Assembly (NCBI GenBank): GCA_951406725.2
Contig: OX597817.1
Span: forward strand, 61,566,001 to 61,630,000
From: Octopus vulgaris
Lineage: Eukaryota
Direction: 5' to 3'
Length of the DNA stretch: 64,000 bases
The number at the start of each line of letters is the position of its first letter. Positions within the stretch are counted from its first letter, which is position 1. The notes under the pieces are model-generated. The model was given only the letters and a program-made list of their open reading frames with translations, was not told where the DNA came from and did no database searches. Shown piece after piece: positions 11,478-23,494 of this stretch. Position numbers and translations under genes: made by a program.

Positions 11478-12015
11478 TTATTATTATTATTATTATCATC
11501 ATTCAGTAGTTTTATTTTTATAGCGTGCTTTCACTTCACTACCGAGCGCAGCTCTGTGTGCCTTGGATATGTGCTGTGATTTGTTGTAATGCTCTGATGG
11601 TTACTGTATTGAAAGTGTTCTGCGGAGGATGTGTGCAGTGCCTAGTAGTGCAATTTTCTGTATGTTTTATGTGTTTGTAAGTCCTGGTGTTTTTGTTATG
11701 TATTTGTCTGAATATTTTTTTATCATGCCTAATGCACCTACTATGATAGGAATTGTTTCTGTTTTTAGATTCCACATTCGAATTATCTCTATTTCCAGGT
11801 CTTTGTATTTTAAAAGTTTCTCCATTTCTTTTAGAGACACGTTGTCATCTGCTGGTATTGATACATCAATTAGAAAACATTTTTTTCCTTCATGATCTCT
11901 GACAGCTATATCTGGCCTATTGGTCTTAATTTCTCTATCTGTGTGTATTGGCATATCCAAGAGTAGGTTGCTTCCTCGTTTTCTGTGACCTTTTCTAGTG
12001 TGTGCCATACCATCT
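11478..12015 (-). mobile_element. 3' fragment of an R4/Dong-like non-LTR retrotransposon (restriction-like endonuclease domain)
   Basis: ORF 11667-12008 contains NRPDIAVRD...CFLIDVSIPADDNVSLKEMEKLLKYKDLEIEIIRMWNLKTETIPIIVGALG, a PD-(D/E)xK RLE pattern. The 3' end runs into a (TAA)n tract. Confidence 0.8.
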
Positions 12016-12603
12016 TTTTAACCAAATTCACTCACAAGGTATTGTTTGAATCGAGTCTATAGTAGAAGACACTTGTCCAATATGCCGTGCAGAAGAACTG
12101 AATCCCAAACCACGTGGTTGCAAAGGGGTTTTTCTTGACCAATTTCTTCTTCCCATCCTTCCACTTGTCACAGCGGTCCTATGAAAGATGAAGGACATTG
12201 CTTTCTCTTCTGATAAAAAGCTAGAAAAAAGAAAAACTTAACGTAGAAATGAAAGATGAAATCGACCGGGGTGAAATTTGAACTCGGAAACTCAGCGGAC
12301 GAAACTACGTATTGTAACACATGTAATACAGATGTTAAGTGATCCTTGTACCAGCTTTATTGGCCTTTCAACACTAAAACATCTTTATAGCGAGGTTAAA
12401 TTTTGTTTTTCGCCCACTGAATTATGTCAAATAGATTACTGGGTTAAAACATTCTTCCTGTTTGCCAAGATAAACTGAATGAACCAATTCGTTCGCAAGT
12501 TTCCTTTCATTTTCAACCGGAAGTAGCAATGTTTTGGTTTCAATGTAGACGAGATAACAACGGTCGTTTCATCTGAGATGTTATTGCCAAACTGTGCTAG
12601 AAC

Positions 12604-12800
12604 TAGAGAGAAATGGAGAAATAAAGAGAAGGATGGACGGAGAAATGGAGAAGTAGAGAGACGGGTGGAAGAGGGGTGGACGGAGAAGTGGAGAAGCAGA
12701 GAGAGGGATGGACGGAGAAGTAGAGAGATGGGTGAACGGAGAAATGGAGAATCAGAGAGAGGAGTGGATAGAGAAAGAAACAGAGACAAAGGAGAGAAAC
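12604..12800. repeat. Purine-rich degenerate minisatellite
   Basis: Recurrent gatggacggagaa / ggagaagtagagag units. Confidence 0.7.
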
Positions 12801-15052
12801 TCTGCCCTACATCTTGTAAGGCGTGTCTAGTATTTCCCTGAATTTTCAATGTATACCGTTTCTGCTGTTACTTTCATCAGTTTCTTTCTTTCTTCTATTA
12901 TTAACAGAAAAAGAAAGGAAATTGATGTCTGCAAAGACAAAGCTAGCATTTTACCCTTTCACTGATATTTTAAACAAATTAATGTTTCACACCCTAGAGG
13001 TTTCAATGTCATCTTTCTAGTTAACCGTTCCGGCTTCCATCTATTTAAGGTCTCAACTGAAAAACGGAAAGACGCTTTCAGTTGAGTTAAGTAGAGAAGG
13101 ATGAGATCCTGCGTATAACTTTAAACTGCGTCCGGGAGTGAGAACTTTGATATGGGAGTGCCAGGATTTTGAGACGTGTGAGATCATCCCATAGCTATTA
13201 TTGTCCCCAGGTCTACTCTAACCCGAAGTACTAGCCCTTGTTAGGGTTCCAGCTTTTGGTTCATTACCATGTCACAGAATTACCTCCGGAAGAAAGTCAC
13301 TCACAAACGCTCGAACGGATCCAATGCCGATGAGGCCCTTCAGCTCTGTAGCTGCTCATCTCAGAAAAGATAAATCCACAGAAATCCTGCATCTTGTTAA
13401 CTACTGGGCTTATGGCACGTGTTGCACCAGACCAATACAAGTTTGAAGAACAAGAGAACGCGACTGGCTTTGCACAAATCATGCTTCCTTGTATAATAAA
13501 CCTCTGCTGCTTTGTGCGGTAATTTATTGAGCGTTTTAAAAGGCTAAGGGAATAAACTGCCAAGGAAAATCAAAAAGAGAGACCCTAAAGCATCGTGCAT
13601 GTTGCAAACTGTGACATATCTTTCCTTTATGGCGCATCCATGAGTTGAAAAGTGGTGAGTGTATTTAGGGGGTAAGTACTTGCTTCTACAAACAGCCCAT
13701 TGAGAACAGAGGTTGTTGAGTTGCTCTTTCTGCAACATTGTCGATCAAAACACGAAAAGAGCGAACCAGAATATAATAGAGGAATCTGTAGAACATCGAT
13801 ACATTCAGTTCCCGTAAGGAGAATACTTTTAGCTCGTGTCAGTCAACAGAGAAAGACAGAAGAGAAAGGTAAAGGAGTTGTTGACCTGCCGCGGTGGGCA
13901 ATTGGGTTTGGGGCCATTCTCCAAATTTATCATCAGATTAACAGCTATCATCGCTGATTCTTGCTAGTTTTTACTCAGAATATAAGAGGAGCGTCGTTTC
14001 AATGCTTCAATGAAGCAGTGACCAATGGTTTGTAGACATTTTAGTGTTTTTATAAAGACGCAGGATCATGATTATTCTTTTTGTTACACATGATATGTTA
14101 TAAGCGCAATTGTACGGTTAAGTAGTTTGTTTCGCATCCAAGCGATTTTAAGTTCAGTCCCACTTCGTGCCACTTTGGGTAAATTTTTTCTACTGTTGCC
14201 CCTCGTGAGTGAATTTGGTAAAGAGAAGTTGTGCAAAAGTCTGATGTGGGGGGGGGGCAGCGTGTATGTGTGTGTGTGTTTTCTCTTCTTTTAATTCAGA
14301 GGTCATGAGCTGAATACCCGAACCATTAAGCCAGGCGCCTTCACATGACTGCACGTGTGAAAGAGAATGGAACAAATACAGAGAGACAGACAGACAGACA
14401 GACTGACAGACAGACAGACATGGGTATTCAGCATGTTTATGCCGGGCCTTAATCGACCATGTTTACTACATCGACACACTTTACACCTGTTACATGGCAA
14501 AAACATATTTTTCTCTTCACTCCTAGACCAAACTTCATTGTTGTTGCAGTTGTTGTTGTTGTTGTTGTTGTTGTTGTGGCGGTGGTGGCGTCGGTGGTGG
14601 TGGTGGTGGTGCTATTATCTTCCATGTATGTTGATATATGGAAATTTATATTATATACACGTATTTCCTGGTGCTAGGGACTGGCCACATATTTAGTATG
14701 TGCGTGTGGATTTGTGTGTGTACATATGCGTGCGTGCATAATATTAATGTACAGGTTAATTTCTGAACCTAAATATGTATGAATGTACGTATGGATGGAT
14801 GGATGGATGGATGTATATGTGCAGATTTGTATGTTTTGTTTTGTGTATGTCTTCTCATACATATAGTTGTATATCTAGACACGCTCATATATACTTAAAT
14901 GATAAACTTCTTGAAAGTTTTACAGATTTTTATGTATGTATGTCATTATTCATTATTTCAAGATTTCTTGCCAATAGAAAAAGGGCCGGTTTCTAACCTA
15001 GATCCAAGGCTCCTTCATTGTATGTATGTATGTATGTATGTATGTATGTATG

Positions 15053-15488
15053 TTTATTGGACACCCTGCGGGATGAAAAACAAAACCCGTCAAAGGGCGG
15101 AGGAACTCTTGAGAGTCAACGGCCATCCAATAAATGCCTTAAGGCTGTATCATGCGCGGGGACATAGAAATAATCGGACTGAATACCCGATCGCGCGGTT
15201 AAACCATTGGGAGTGAAGGACTCCTAGCCTTTGTTAGGGCATCCTTCTAGGAGAAGGTAAATCAGGAAACTGGGATAACTCCGATACAAAACCTGCGGCT
15301 CAGTGGTTACCGATGATGTTGACTTGTTCTTTTCGGATTATGGCTGCTGTTGCTTAGTGAGTGGGATTAACTCAGTGCACAGCCTTTCCTCACTTTAAAA
15401 AAAGTCTTCTTGCACAGGCATTGCACGATAACAACATTGATTAAGCTTCGTGCAATGGCCATACTCGATAACGAGGGGGCAGCCACAA
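15053..15488 (+). mobile_element. Structured retroposon-like insertion (RTE 5'UTR-like) inside (ATGT)n
   Basis: Unique GC-richer block flanked on both sides by ATGT repeats. Contains agggcatccttctaggagaaggtaaa, which resembles RTE 5' UTR motifs, plus several hairpins. Confidence 0.45.
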
Positions 15489-15744
15489 TGTATGTATGTA
15501 TGTTTAATTCATATACGAGTTACCTTCTGTACATACATATGTAGCGAATATTGCATACATGAAGTGGATACGATCCACCATAGCCAAATTTAAGCTAACA
15601 CTGCTACAGAACTTTTCCCACGGTGGAACAATGGTTTTTCTCTGACAGCAGTTATTACATTTCCCCGATGCCATTAGCTAGGCAAAATAATGTCTTCACC
15701 ACTTGACCCTTTCTAACCTCTCCTACTTCACCAAAAGCTAGAGT

Positions 15745-16115
15745 GGAGTGGCTGTGTGGTAAGTAGCTTGTTTACCAACCACATGGTTCCGGGTTCAGTC
15801 CCACTGCGTGGCACCTTGGAAAAGTGTCTTCTACTATAGCCTCGGGCCGACCAAAGCCTTGTGAGTGGATTTGGTAGACGGAAACTGAAAGAAGCCCGTC
15901 GTATATATATATGTTTGTGTATCTGTGTTTGTACCCCTAGCATTGCTTGACAACCGATGCTGGTTTGTTTATGTCCCCGTTACTTAGCGGTTCGGCAAAA
16001 GAGACCGATAGAATAAGTACTGGGCTTACAAAAGAATAAGTCCCGGGGTCGAGTTGCTCGATTAAAGGCGGTGCTCCAGCATGGCCGCAGTCAAATGACT
16101 GAAACAAGTAAACGA
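15745..16115 (+). mobile_element. tRNA-headed SINE (family B), near full length
   Basis: gtggctgtgtggtaag...gggttcagtccc head, gtgagtggatttggtagacggaaactgaaagaagcccg core, gcagtcaaatgactgaaacaagta tail. Many further copies in the window. Confidence 0.9.
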
Positions 16116-16664
16116 GAGAGAGACCACCAACTAAATCTATTGTTCTCAATGATATATCTATCCTTCTGGATCTTAATATAAGCAAGCACATCCCAAGCAA
16201 ATATCAGTTGGTCACCAACCGGTGACAACTCAACGAGGTCTGGCTGACCAACCTTGGTCAGAGGGAGAAAGGAGCTGTAAGACAACACCCTATAATTCTC
16301 TCTAGCTCTAATTCTGTTCTTTCACAACATCATTCTATCTGTCTCAGCAATTAGCAATGAAGAGGACCCAAATATTCTACCGCAACAAACTTTCTTTCGC
16401 ATGCTTTTGGGATTTATCAACCTGCCCGTCGAGACAAGGTATTTATATTGTAACGGTAAATAAATTACTTTCTTTAAACTTTATGAAGTGTCCATCTTAC
16501 ACATATTACGACTTGCTGTTTTAATAACAAACTCTTATCGTCACAAATGCTGACTCCAACATTTCATCAATAATAATGTTTACTAATAAATTTCTACCGT
16601 TACCATTGGTAACTGTACCAACTCAATTATTTCCGTTACACATACATACATACAAAGATGAGTT

Positions 16665-17035
16665 CTTCTATCGTTATCGACGACGACCGAGGACATCATA
16701 TGGAAGAAGGCAGGCACAGTATGTCTGGCTGTAGCCAAACAGTCTGATGCATGTTCAGAAGGCTCAACCGCACTTTTTTGCGCACAGTTTTCTTTATGGT
16801 CCTGTTGTCCTGTTCAGTTCGTAGGGGCGGTACCTTTATTGGTGCAGATTCGCCAGACAGGGCAGCCTTGCACTTGTGCTTCCCAAGCGTCGGAGTTGAT
16901 CTCAAAGCTTTTCAATGAGGCTTCGAGTGTGTCCTTGAAACATTTTTTTTCTGTCCACCTTGCGAGCACTTGCCTTCCACCAGTTCGCTGTAAAACAATT
17001 TTTAGGGGAGTCGTGTGTCAGGCATTCGAACAAGG
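16665..17035 (-). mobile_element. RTE-clade LINE 3' fragment (second RTE family)
   Basis: Minus strand reads RMPDTRLP.KLFYSELVEGKCSQGGQKK.FKDTLEASLKSFEINSDAWE (with frameshifts), a typical RTE C-terminus. Confidence 0.7.
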
Positions 17036-17138
17036 CTGCCCTACCCCTATCTAACCTACATTCTTAGTAGAGTGTAAAAGCTTGGTAGATCAGCTCAAGA
17101 GAGGACAGACAGAAACAGGCAGGCAGACAGACAGAAAT

Positions 17139-17216
<78 letters not shown>

Positions 17217-17266
17217 AAATAGATAGAGAGAGAGAGAGAAATAGATGGATAGAGAGAGAGAGAGAG

Positions 17267-17307
<41 letters not shown>

Positions 17308-17330
17308 GATGGATAGAGAGAGAGAGAAAT

Positions 17331-17364
<34 letters not shown>

Positions 17365-17400
17365 AGAGAGAGAGAGAGAGAGAGAAATAGATAGATAGAT
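17139..17400. repeat. (GATA)n/(GA)n compound microsatellite
   Basis: Direct inspection. Confidence 0.95.
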
Positions 17401-17456
17401 GTAATTTAAGATTGGTAATAAAAACAAAACTAGAATGCAAAACATATATACGCTTT

Positions 17457-17890
17457 GGATCTTTTCGGTTTGAACGGCAGTTTTTAACATAATTTCTAGG
17501 AAACCAAAAAATTTAAAACTTCGTATACTGGTAGAATGTGTTTATAAAACATCTTTTTCTCTTGGCTTTATTGAGAAAATTCTGTTGTTTGTAAGATATT
17601 TGTTGTTGTTTTTTCTTAAATTTCTGCAATTTGAACTAATCACTGACGTCCATTGAGGTAAAAAAACATTCTCTGCCGTATGAATATGTCCCTCGTTTAA
17701 GAAACAGATTGGATTTATCTACATTTGTAAAGAAAAAAAGATACCCTTCCCCCCACCCTAACCCTAATCCTAACTAACCCTAACCCTAAAACAGATTGAA
17801 ATGCAATAGATCGATTCTAGGGTCATAATTATGGGTGACAATTTCATATGAGACCGCTAGAAAAAACTGCCGTTCAAACCGAAAAGATCC
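17457..17890. mobile_element. MITE, 29-bp perfect TIR, 8-bp TSD (Merlin-like termini)
   Basis: TIR ggatcttttcggtttgaacggcagttttt at both ends. TSD tacgcttt at 17449-17456 and 17891-17898. Internal CCCTAA repeats. Confidence 0.9.
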
Positions 17891-19579
17891 TACGCTTTTA
17901 TTAATAATTGCATTGATGTATTCTAAAAGGATTTTCGAATCAACTCGTAAATTATATTTCTTTACTACCCACAAGGGGCTAAACACAGAGGGGACAAACA
18001 AGGACAGACAAATGGATTAAGTCGATTATATCGACCCCAATGCGCAACTGGTAGTAAATTAGAAATTACATTAAATTAGCAGAAAACCACTTGGGAGGAA
18101 AAGTATGTGAAATATTGAAGGGAGGTAATATGTCTGGCGTTGAAAGACTCGTCGTGGTGAACCTCTGCTACACTAATTCTAACAAGAATATATTAAAATG
18201 AACAGAAATTGTTTTAGAGGGAGGATTTGCTCGTAATATACAAAGACAAAACCTAATTTAGAAATTATGAATATCATTTTTTTCCCCATAATATAAGCTT
18301 TTTATTTAATTTTATTTCAAAGATACCTCATATCTATAAACCCCAGAATTTTTTCACAGAAGAACAACGTGATTCCTCGGAAACCCTTTTTTAAGAAAAA
18401 AAAACCCCACTCTATTCTACACATCATTTTCCCCTGGTAACTGTAGGTATCAGAAATTAGCTCATCTTTTACAAATCCTCGCTAATCTATCGAACTTCGA
18501 TAAGACATTGGAGTAATAGCATTCAACAGTTCGTGTAATTAAGTTCTTACTGTGGGTGACCAAAAGAAAAGTATTTTCGAGATACGAATGAATGTCACAA
18601 CTTCCTGTACCCATATCTTTAAATAATTAGGCTTTTGAACTTTTCCAGAATTTCTCATTTATTTTCAGAAAATTGTAAAAGTTTTATTTTTTCACCCGAT
18701 GTGGCAGACGGAGTTATTTCCCTTGTATCTGGTTTTTCTTCCCGAAATATTTTTCTCTTCTTTTTTATGTCAACCTTTTAAGAACAAATACAAAACTTTC
18801 TATCGATTGATGGTGCCAATGTCCTTCCTCAAGTAGACTCGCGCGCAAGTCTCTAATTATATTATTATGAATATTAAATGCGTCTCATGTACGAAATTAC
18901 TAGTTATTATTACGCTTCGTGTGTACATGCGCACAATGTATGTATAAAAATGTCAATATATTTATCAACACGCACACATGTGTGTGTATATCTGTAATTC
19001 TGTATACATATATGCTTCTTTCCATGCGGTTCAGGACAATCGATGTTGGTTTGTTTGTGTCTCCGTAAAATAACGGGGTACTTGTCTATTGTCGTGGTCC
19101 CGGTTTCGCACACGCGAATTCGCGCGCGCGTGCGCGCCAGACGTAGGTACTCGATACTCGAGATCCTACGAGGTGACTTGCGCATGCGCAGTGCAGAATT
19201 CGCGCGTGCGCGTTAAACCCCCCCCCCCCTAAAAAAAAAGGTGTTGGATTTCACTAAAAATATATATGTGTGTGTGTGTGTGTGTATATATAACATTTTC
19301 AATTTTACACAAAAAAATTACATAGTCGCTTTCCTCGCGGATTTACAGAGAAATGAATTAATTACTATTTTACAGAATAAAATTAATGAATTAATTATAT
19401 AAATTAAATAATTCTTGAAAATTAATTAATATTAATAATATTTTTTGAACAAAGTAAATAATTTATAAAACTTGGTTAATAATTTTTTTTACACAAACGC
19501 GAACGTATATAATTTGTGAAACTTTTTTTTTTTTTTACAGACGTATATAATTTGGTAAACTTAATGAATTAATTTCTTC

Positions 19580-19997
19580 TCATCATCATCATCGTTTAAC
19601 GTCCGTTCTCCATGCCAGCATGGGTTGGACGGTTCGACCGGGGATCTGGGAAGCCAGAAGGCTGCACCAGACTCCAGTCTTATCTGGCAATGTTTCTACA
19701 GCTGGATGCCCTTCCTAACGCCAACCACTCCGAGAGTGTAGTGGGTGCTTTTTACATGCCACCCGCACAGGTGCCAGGCGAGGCTGGCAACGGCCACGGT
19801 CGGATTGGTGCCAGTCGAGGCGGCTCTGGCATCGGCCACGATTCGGATAGTGCTTTTTACGTACCACCAGTCCAGGGGTCCTGGCATTTGCCGGGTGCCA
19901 CACTTGCCCCAACATGTCTTCGCAAGCAAAGGGGTTGGCATGGGTGCCTGTCGTGGGATGAGGTTCGATATCAACTTCGCTTGCCTCAACAGGTCTT
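19580..19997 (-). mobile_element. RTE LINE 3'-end fragment inside the left TIR
   Basis: (CAT)n tail plus cgtttaacgtccgttctccatg...ggatgcccttcctaacgccaacc, shared with 29022-29640 and 63140-63640. Confidence 0.85.
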
Positions 19998-20590
19998 TGT
20001 GTATAAATGTATAAATTTTTCGCACTAAATTCTTTCCGTAGAATTTATCAAAAAACGCGCAAAATTATTCCGTAGACTTTATCAAATTAAAAAACGCAAA
20101 ATTAATATATTTTTTGAAATTGCAAATTATTTAGAATATAAAACAAATTAAGTTAAATTTTAAAAATAAATGTCATATACTTATACTCTGTAAGGTGCTG
20201 TGTTCACACTTCAATTTACTATTTTCTAGAAATGTTGCTTTTCTAATTGAAACAATTTTTCTCAATCTCCATTTAAAAGTCCATAATGCCTCTTGAGCCA
20301 TATCAAAATGAACAACTTTGAATTACGCGGTGGTGGTGGTGGTGGTGGTGGTGGTGTGAGGTTCTAATTTTTTTTCTGATCTCTCTTTGCCCATTCTTTA
20401 TCTCAGTTGTTCATTCAGCTAATATTTAGAAAAATTTTCGCGCCCAATTTTTGTTGTCGCGGGAAAAGATGAACGATTTAAAATAAATATATCTTAATTG
20501 TAGTGTGAGAAAGTATATATATTCTGATGACAAAATATATTATCTTTCAAAAACATCCCAAATTTATAGACTATATCGTGTAGGTTTAAG

Positions 20591-20639
<49 letters not shown>

Positions 20640-21109
20640 TATAGATATATATATATATATACATATATAGTAGAGAATGAAACATCTTTCATCTGTCTCC
20701 CCACCACACCTCCATCTAGGGGGGGCAAAGAGAGATCAGAAAAAAAAATTAGAACCTCACACCACCACCACCGCCGCCGGGTAATTCAAAGTTGTTCATT
20801 TTGATATGGCTCAAGAGGCATTATGGACTTTTAAATGGAGATTGAGAAAAATTGTTTCAATTAGAAAAGCAACATTTCTAGAAAATAGTAAATTGAAGTG
20901 TGAACACAGCACCTTACAGAGTATAAGTATATGACATTTATTTTTAAAATTTAACTTAATTTGTTTTATATTCTAAATAATTTGCAATTTCAAAAAATAT
21001 ATTAATTTTGCGTTTTTTAATTTGATAAAGTCTACGGAATAATTTTGCGCGTTTTTTGATAAATTCTACGGAAAGAATTTAGTGCGAAAAATTTATACAT
21101 TTATACACA

Positions 21110-21528
21110 AAGACCTGTTGAGGCAAGCGAAGTTGATATCGAACCTCATCCCACGACAGGCACCCATGCCAACCCCCTTTGCTTGCGAAGACATGTTGGG
21201 GCAAGTGTGGCACCCGGCAAATGCCAGGACCCCTGGACTGGTGGTACGTAAAAAGCACTATCCGAATCGTGGCCGATGCCAGAGCCGCCTCGACTGGCAC
21301 CAATCCGACCGTGGCCGTTGCCAGCCTCGCCTGGCACCTGTGCGGGTGGCATGTAAAAAGCACCCACTACACTCTCGGAGTGGTTGGCGTTAGGAAGGGC
21401 ATCCAGCTGTAGAAACATTGCCAGATAAGACTGGAGTCTGGTGCAGCCTTCTGGCTTCCCAGATCCCCGGTCGAACCGTCCAACCCATGCTGGCATGGAG
21501 AACGGACGTTAAACGATGATGATGATGA
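21110..21528 (+). mobile_element. RTE LINE 3'-end fragment inside the right TIR (mirror copy)
   Basis: Reverse complement of 19580-19997 at the symmetric position. Confidence 0.85.
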
Positions 21529-22101
21529 GAAGAAATTAATTCATTAAGTTTACCAAATTATATACGTCTGTAAAAAAAAAAAAAGTTTCACAAATTATAT
21601 ACGTTCGTGTTTGTGTAAAAAAAATTATTAACCAAGTTTTATAAATTATTTACTTTGTTCAAAAAATATTATTAATATTAATTAATTTTCAAGAATTATT
21701 TAATTTATATAATTAATTCATTAATTTTATTCTGTAAAATAGTAATTAATTCATTTCTCTGTAAATCCGCGAGGAAAGCGACTATGTAATTTTTTTGTGT
21801 AAAATTGAAAATGTTATATATACACACACACACACACACATATATATTTTTAGTGAAATCCAACACCTTTTTTTTTTAGGGGGGGGGTTTAACGCGCACG
21901 CGCGAATTCTGCACTGCGCATGCGCAAGTCACCTCGTAGGATCTCGAGTATCGAGTACCTACGTCTGGCGCGCGCGCACGCGCGAATTCGCGTGTGCGAA
22001 ACCGGGACCACGACAATAGACAAGTACCAAATAACGGTTCGACAAAAATAAACTCATCAATTAACTAGCAGAGAAAAATAAGTCCTAGAGTAGATTCGTT
22101 T

Positions 22102-23050
22102 GGTATTACTAGCGAAGACTGGACCCGGTGCTCCCACACGCGCAGTCGCGCGTCCGTGCTAGCTAGTCGTAAGTAGTCGATCCTACTACGACTTGCGCGT
22201 ATGCAAATGAGTTGTGTTGTAGGTTGGAAGACAACCAATGGGTCTAATTAATGATTAAGACAAGGGTGATGGTGGTGGGGTGATTTAGTGTAAATAAACA
22301 AACAAGAAAACATCAAAACAAAACCCTTCTTGGAATGCTGTAATATGCTCTCCTCTCCCGCTCAGACTTTCTTACACACGTGTAATGAACTGTTACCAAA
22401 ATATCTTCATCTTATCAAATCCTTCAATCGATATCAACTTTCCATTCCTTATCATCTTAAGGATATTTTGTTTCTTCTCTCATTACACACACACACACAC
22501 GTACATATATACACACACACACACATATGCGCACATATACACACGCACACATACATACACACATATACACACACATATATATACTCACATACACACACAC
22601 AATATATACTCACATACACATATATACACACATACATATACACATGCACACACACATATATATATATACATATATACCTGAATGATGTACCTACTATGGA
22701 TGCTGTCCAAAAACTAAAAACTAGTAAAAGAATATATCACACATAAACACATATATAATATCTATTTGTATCGGTGTGTATATACACATACACAAGATTA
22801 AAAACTAAAGAATATGAAAACTAAAAGAATATATCACACACATTTTATTTGATTTGAGTAAAAAAATCATATACATTGTTCTAAGAAATAATTTATTTAC
22901 TTTCTTTAAAAAATTCTTTTATTTTATTCTGTAAAATCAACTCATTTGCATACGCGCAAGTCGTTCTAGGATCGACTACTTACGACTAGCTAGCGCGGAC
23001 GCGCGACTGCGCGTGTGCGAGCACCGGGTCCAGTCTTCGCTCGTAGTATC
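22102..23050. mobile_element. Non-autonomous TIR element, ~113-bp TIRs, 9-bp TSD
   Basis: TIRs 22102-22214 and 22938-23050 (ggtattactagcgaag...cttcgctcgtagtatc). TSD gattcgttt / gatttgttt with one C>T difference. CA-rich microsatellite interior. Confidence 0.85.
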
Positions 23051-23126
23051 GATTTGTTTAACTAATCCCTTCAAAGCGATGCTCCAGCTTGGCTGCGGTT
23101 GAAACAATGTCGGTACTACTAGCGAA

Positions 23127-23361
23127 TATAGGCGGCGAGCTAGCAGGAACGTTAGCACGCCGGGCGAAATGCTTAGCGGTGTTTCGTCTGTCGTTACGTT
23201 GTGAGTTCAAATTCCGCCGAGGTCGACTTTGCCTTTCATCCTTTCGGGGTCGATAAATTAAGTACCAGTTACGCACTGGGGTCGATGTAATCGACTTAAT
23301 ACCTATGTCTGTCCTTGTTTGTCCCCTCTGTGTTTAGCCCCTTGTGGGTAATAAAGAAATA
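23127..23361 (+). mobile_element. SINE family A with 15-bp TSD
   Basis: Flanked by ggtactactagcgaa at 23112-23126 and 23362-23376. Confidence 0.9.
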
Positions 23362-23494
23362 GGTACTACTAGCGAACAGTGGTCTCGGTGCGCGCATCCG
23401 CGATAGCTAGTCGTAAGTAGTCGATCCTACAACTAAGTAAATAAATTATTTTTTATAAACAAACTAAGGTTAAGGCTAGGGTTAAAAAATTTTT

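Larger units (their letters stand above)
19077..22028. mobile_element. Non-autonomous fold-back DNA transposon with ~1.3-kb TIRs and 9-bp TSD (MULE/Foldback- or Merlin-like)
   Basis: Arms 19077-20392 and 20723-22028 are near-perfect reverse complements around a 330-bp spacer. Termini ggtacttgtc...gacaagtacc. TSD aaataacgg at 19068-19076 and 22029-22037. Confidence 0.92.

Noticed and set aside
15745-15815. SINE heads as tRNA genes
   Set aside because: A/B boxes are present but there is no full cloverleaf, and they continue into SINE bodies.
19077-22028. Inverted duplication as an assembly artefact
   Set aside because: The exact flanking 9-bp TSD, termini shared with neighbouring elements and independent arm-specific mutations favour a real element; read-level confirmation is still needed.
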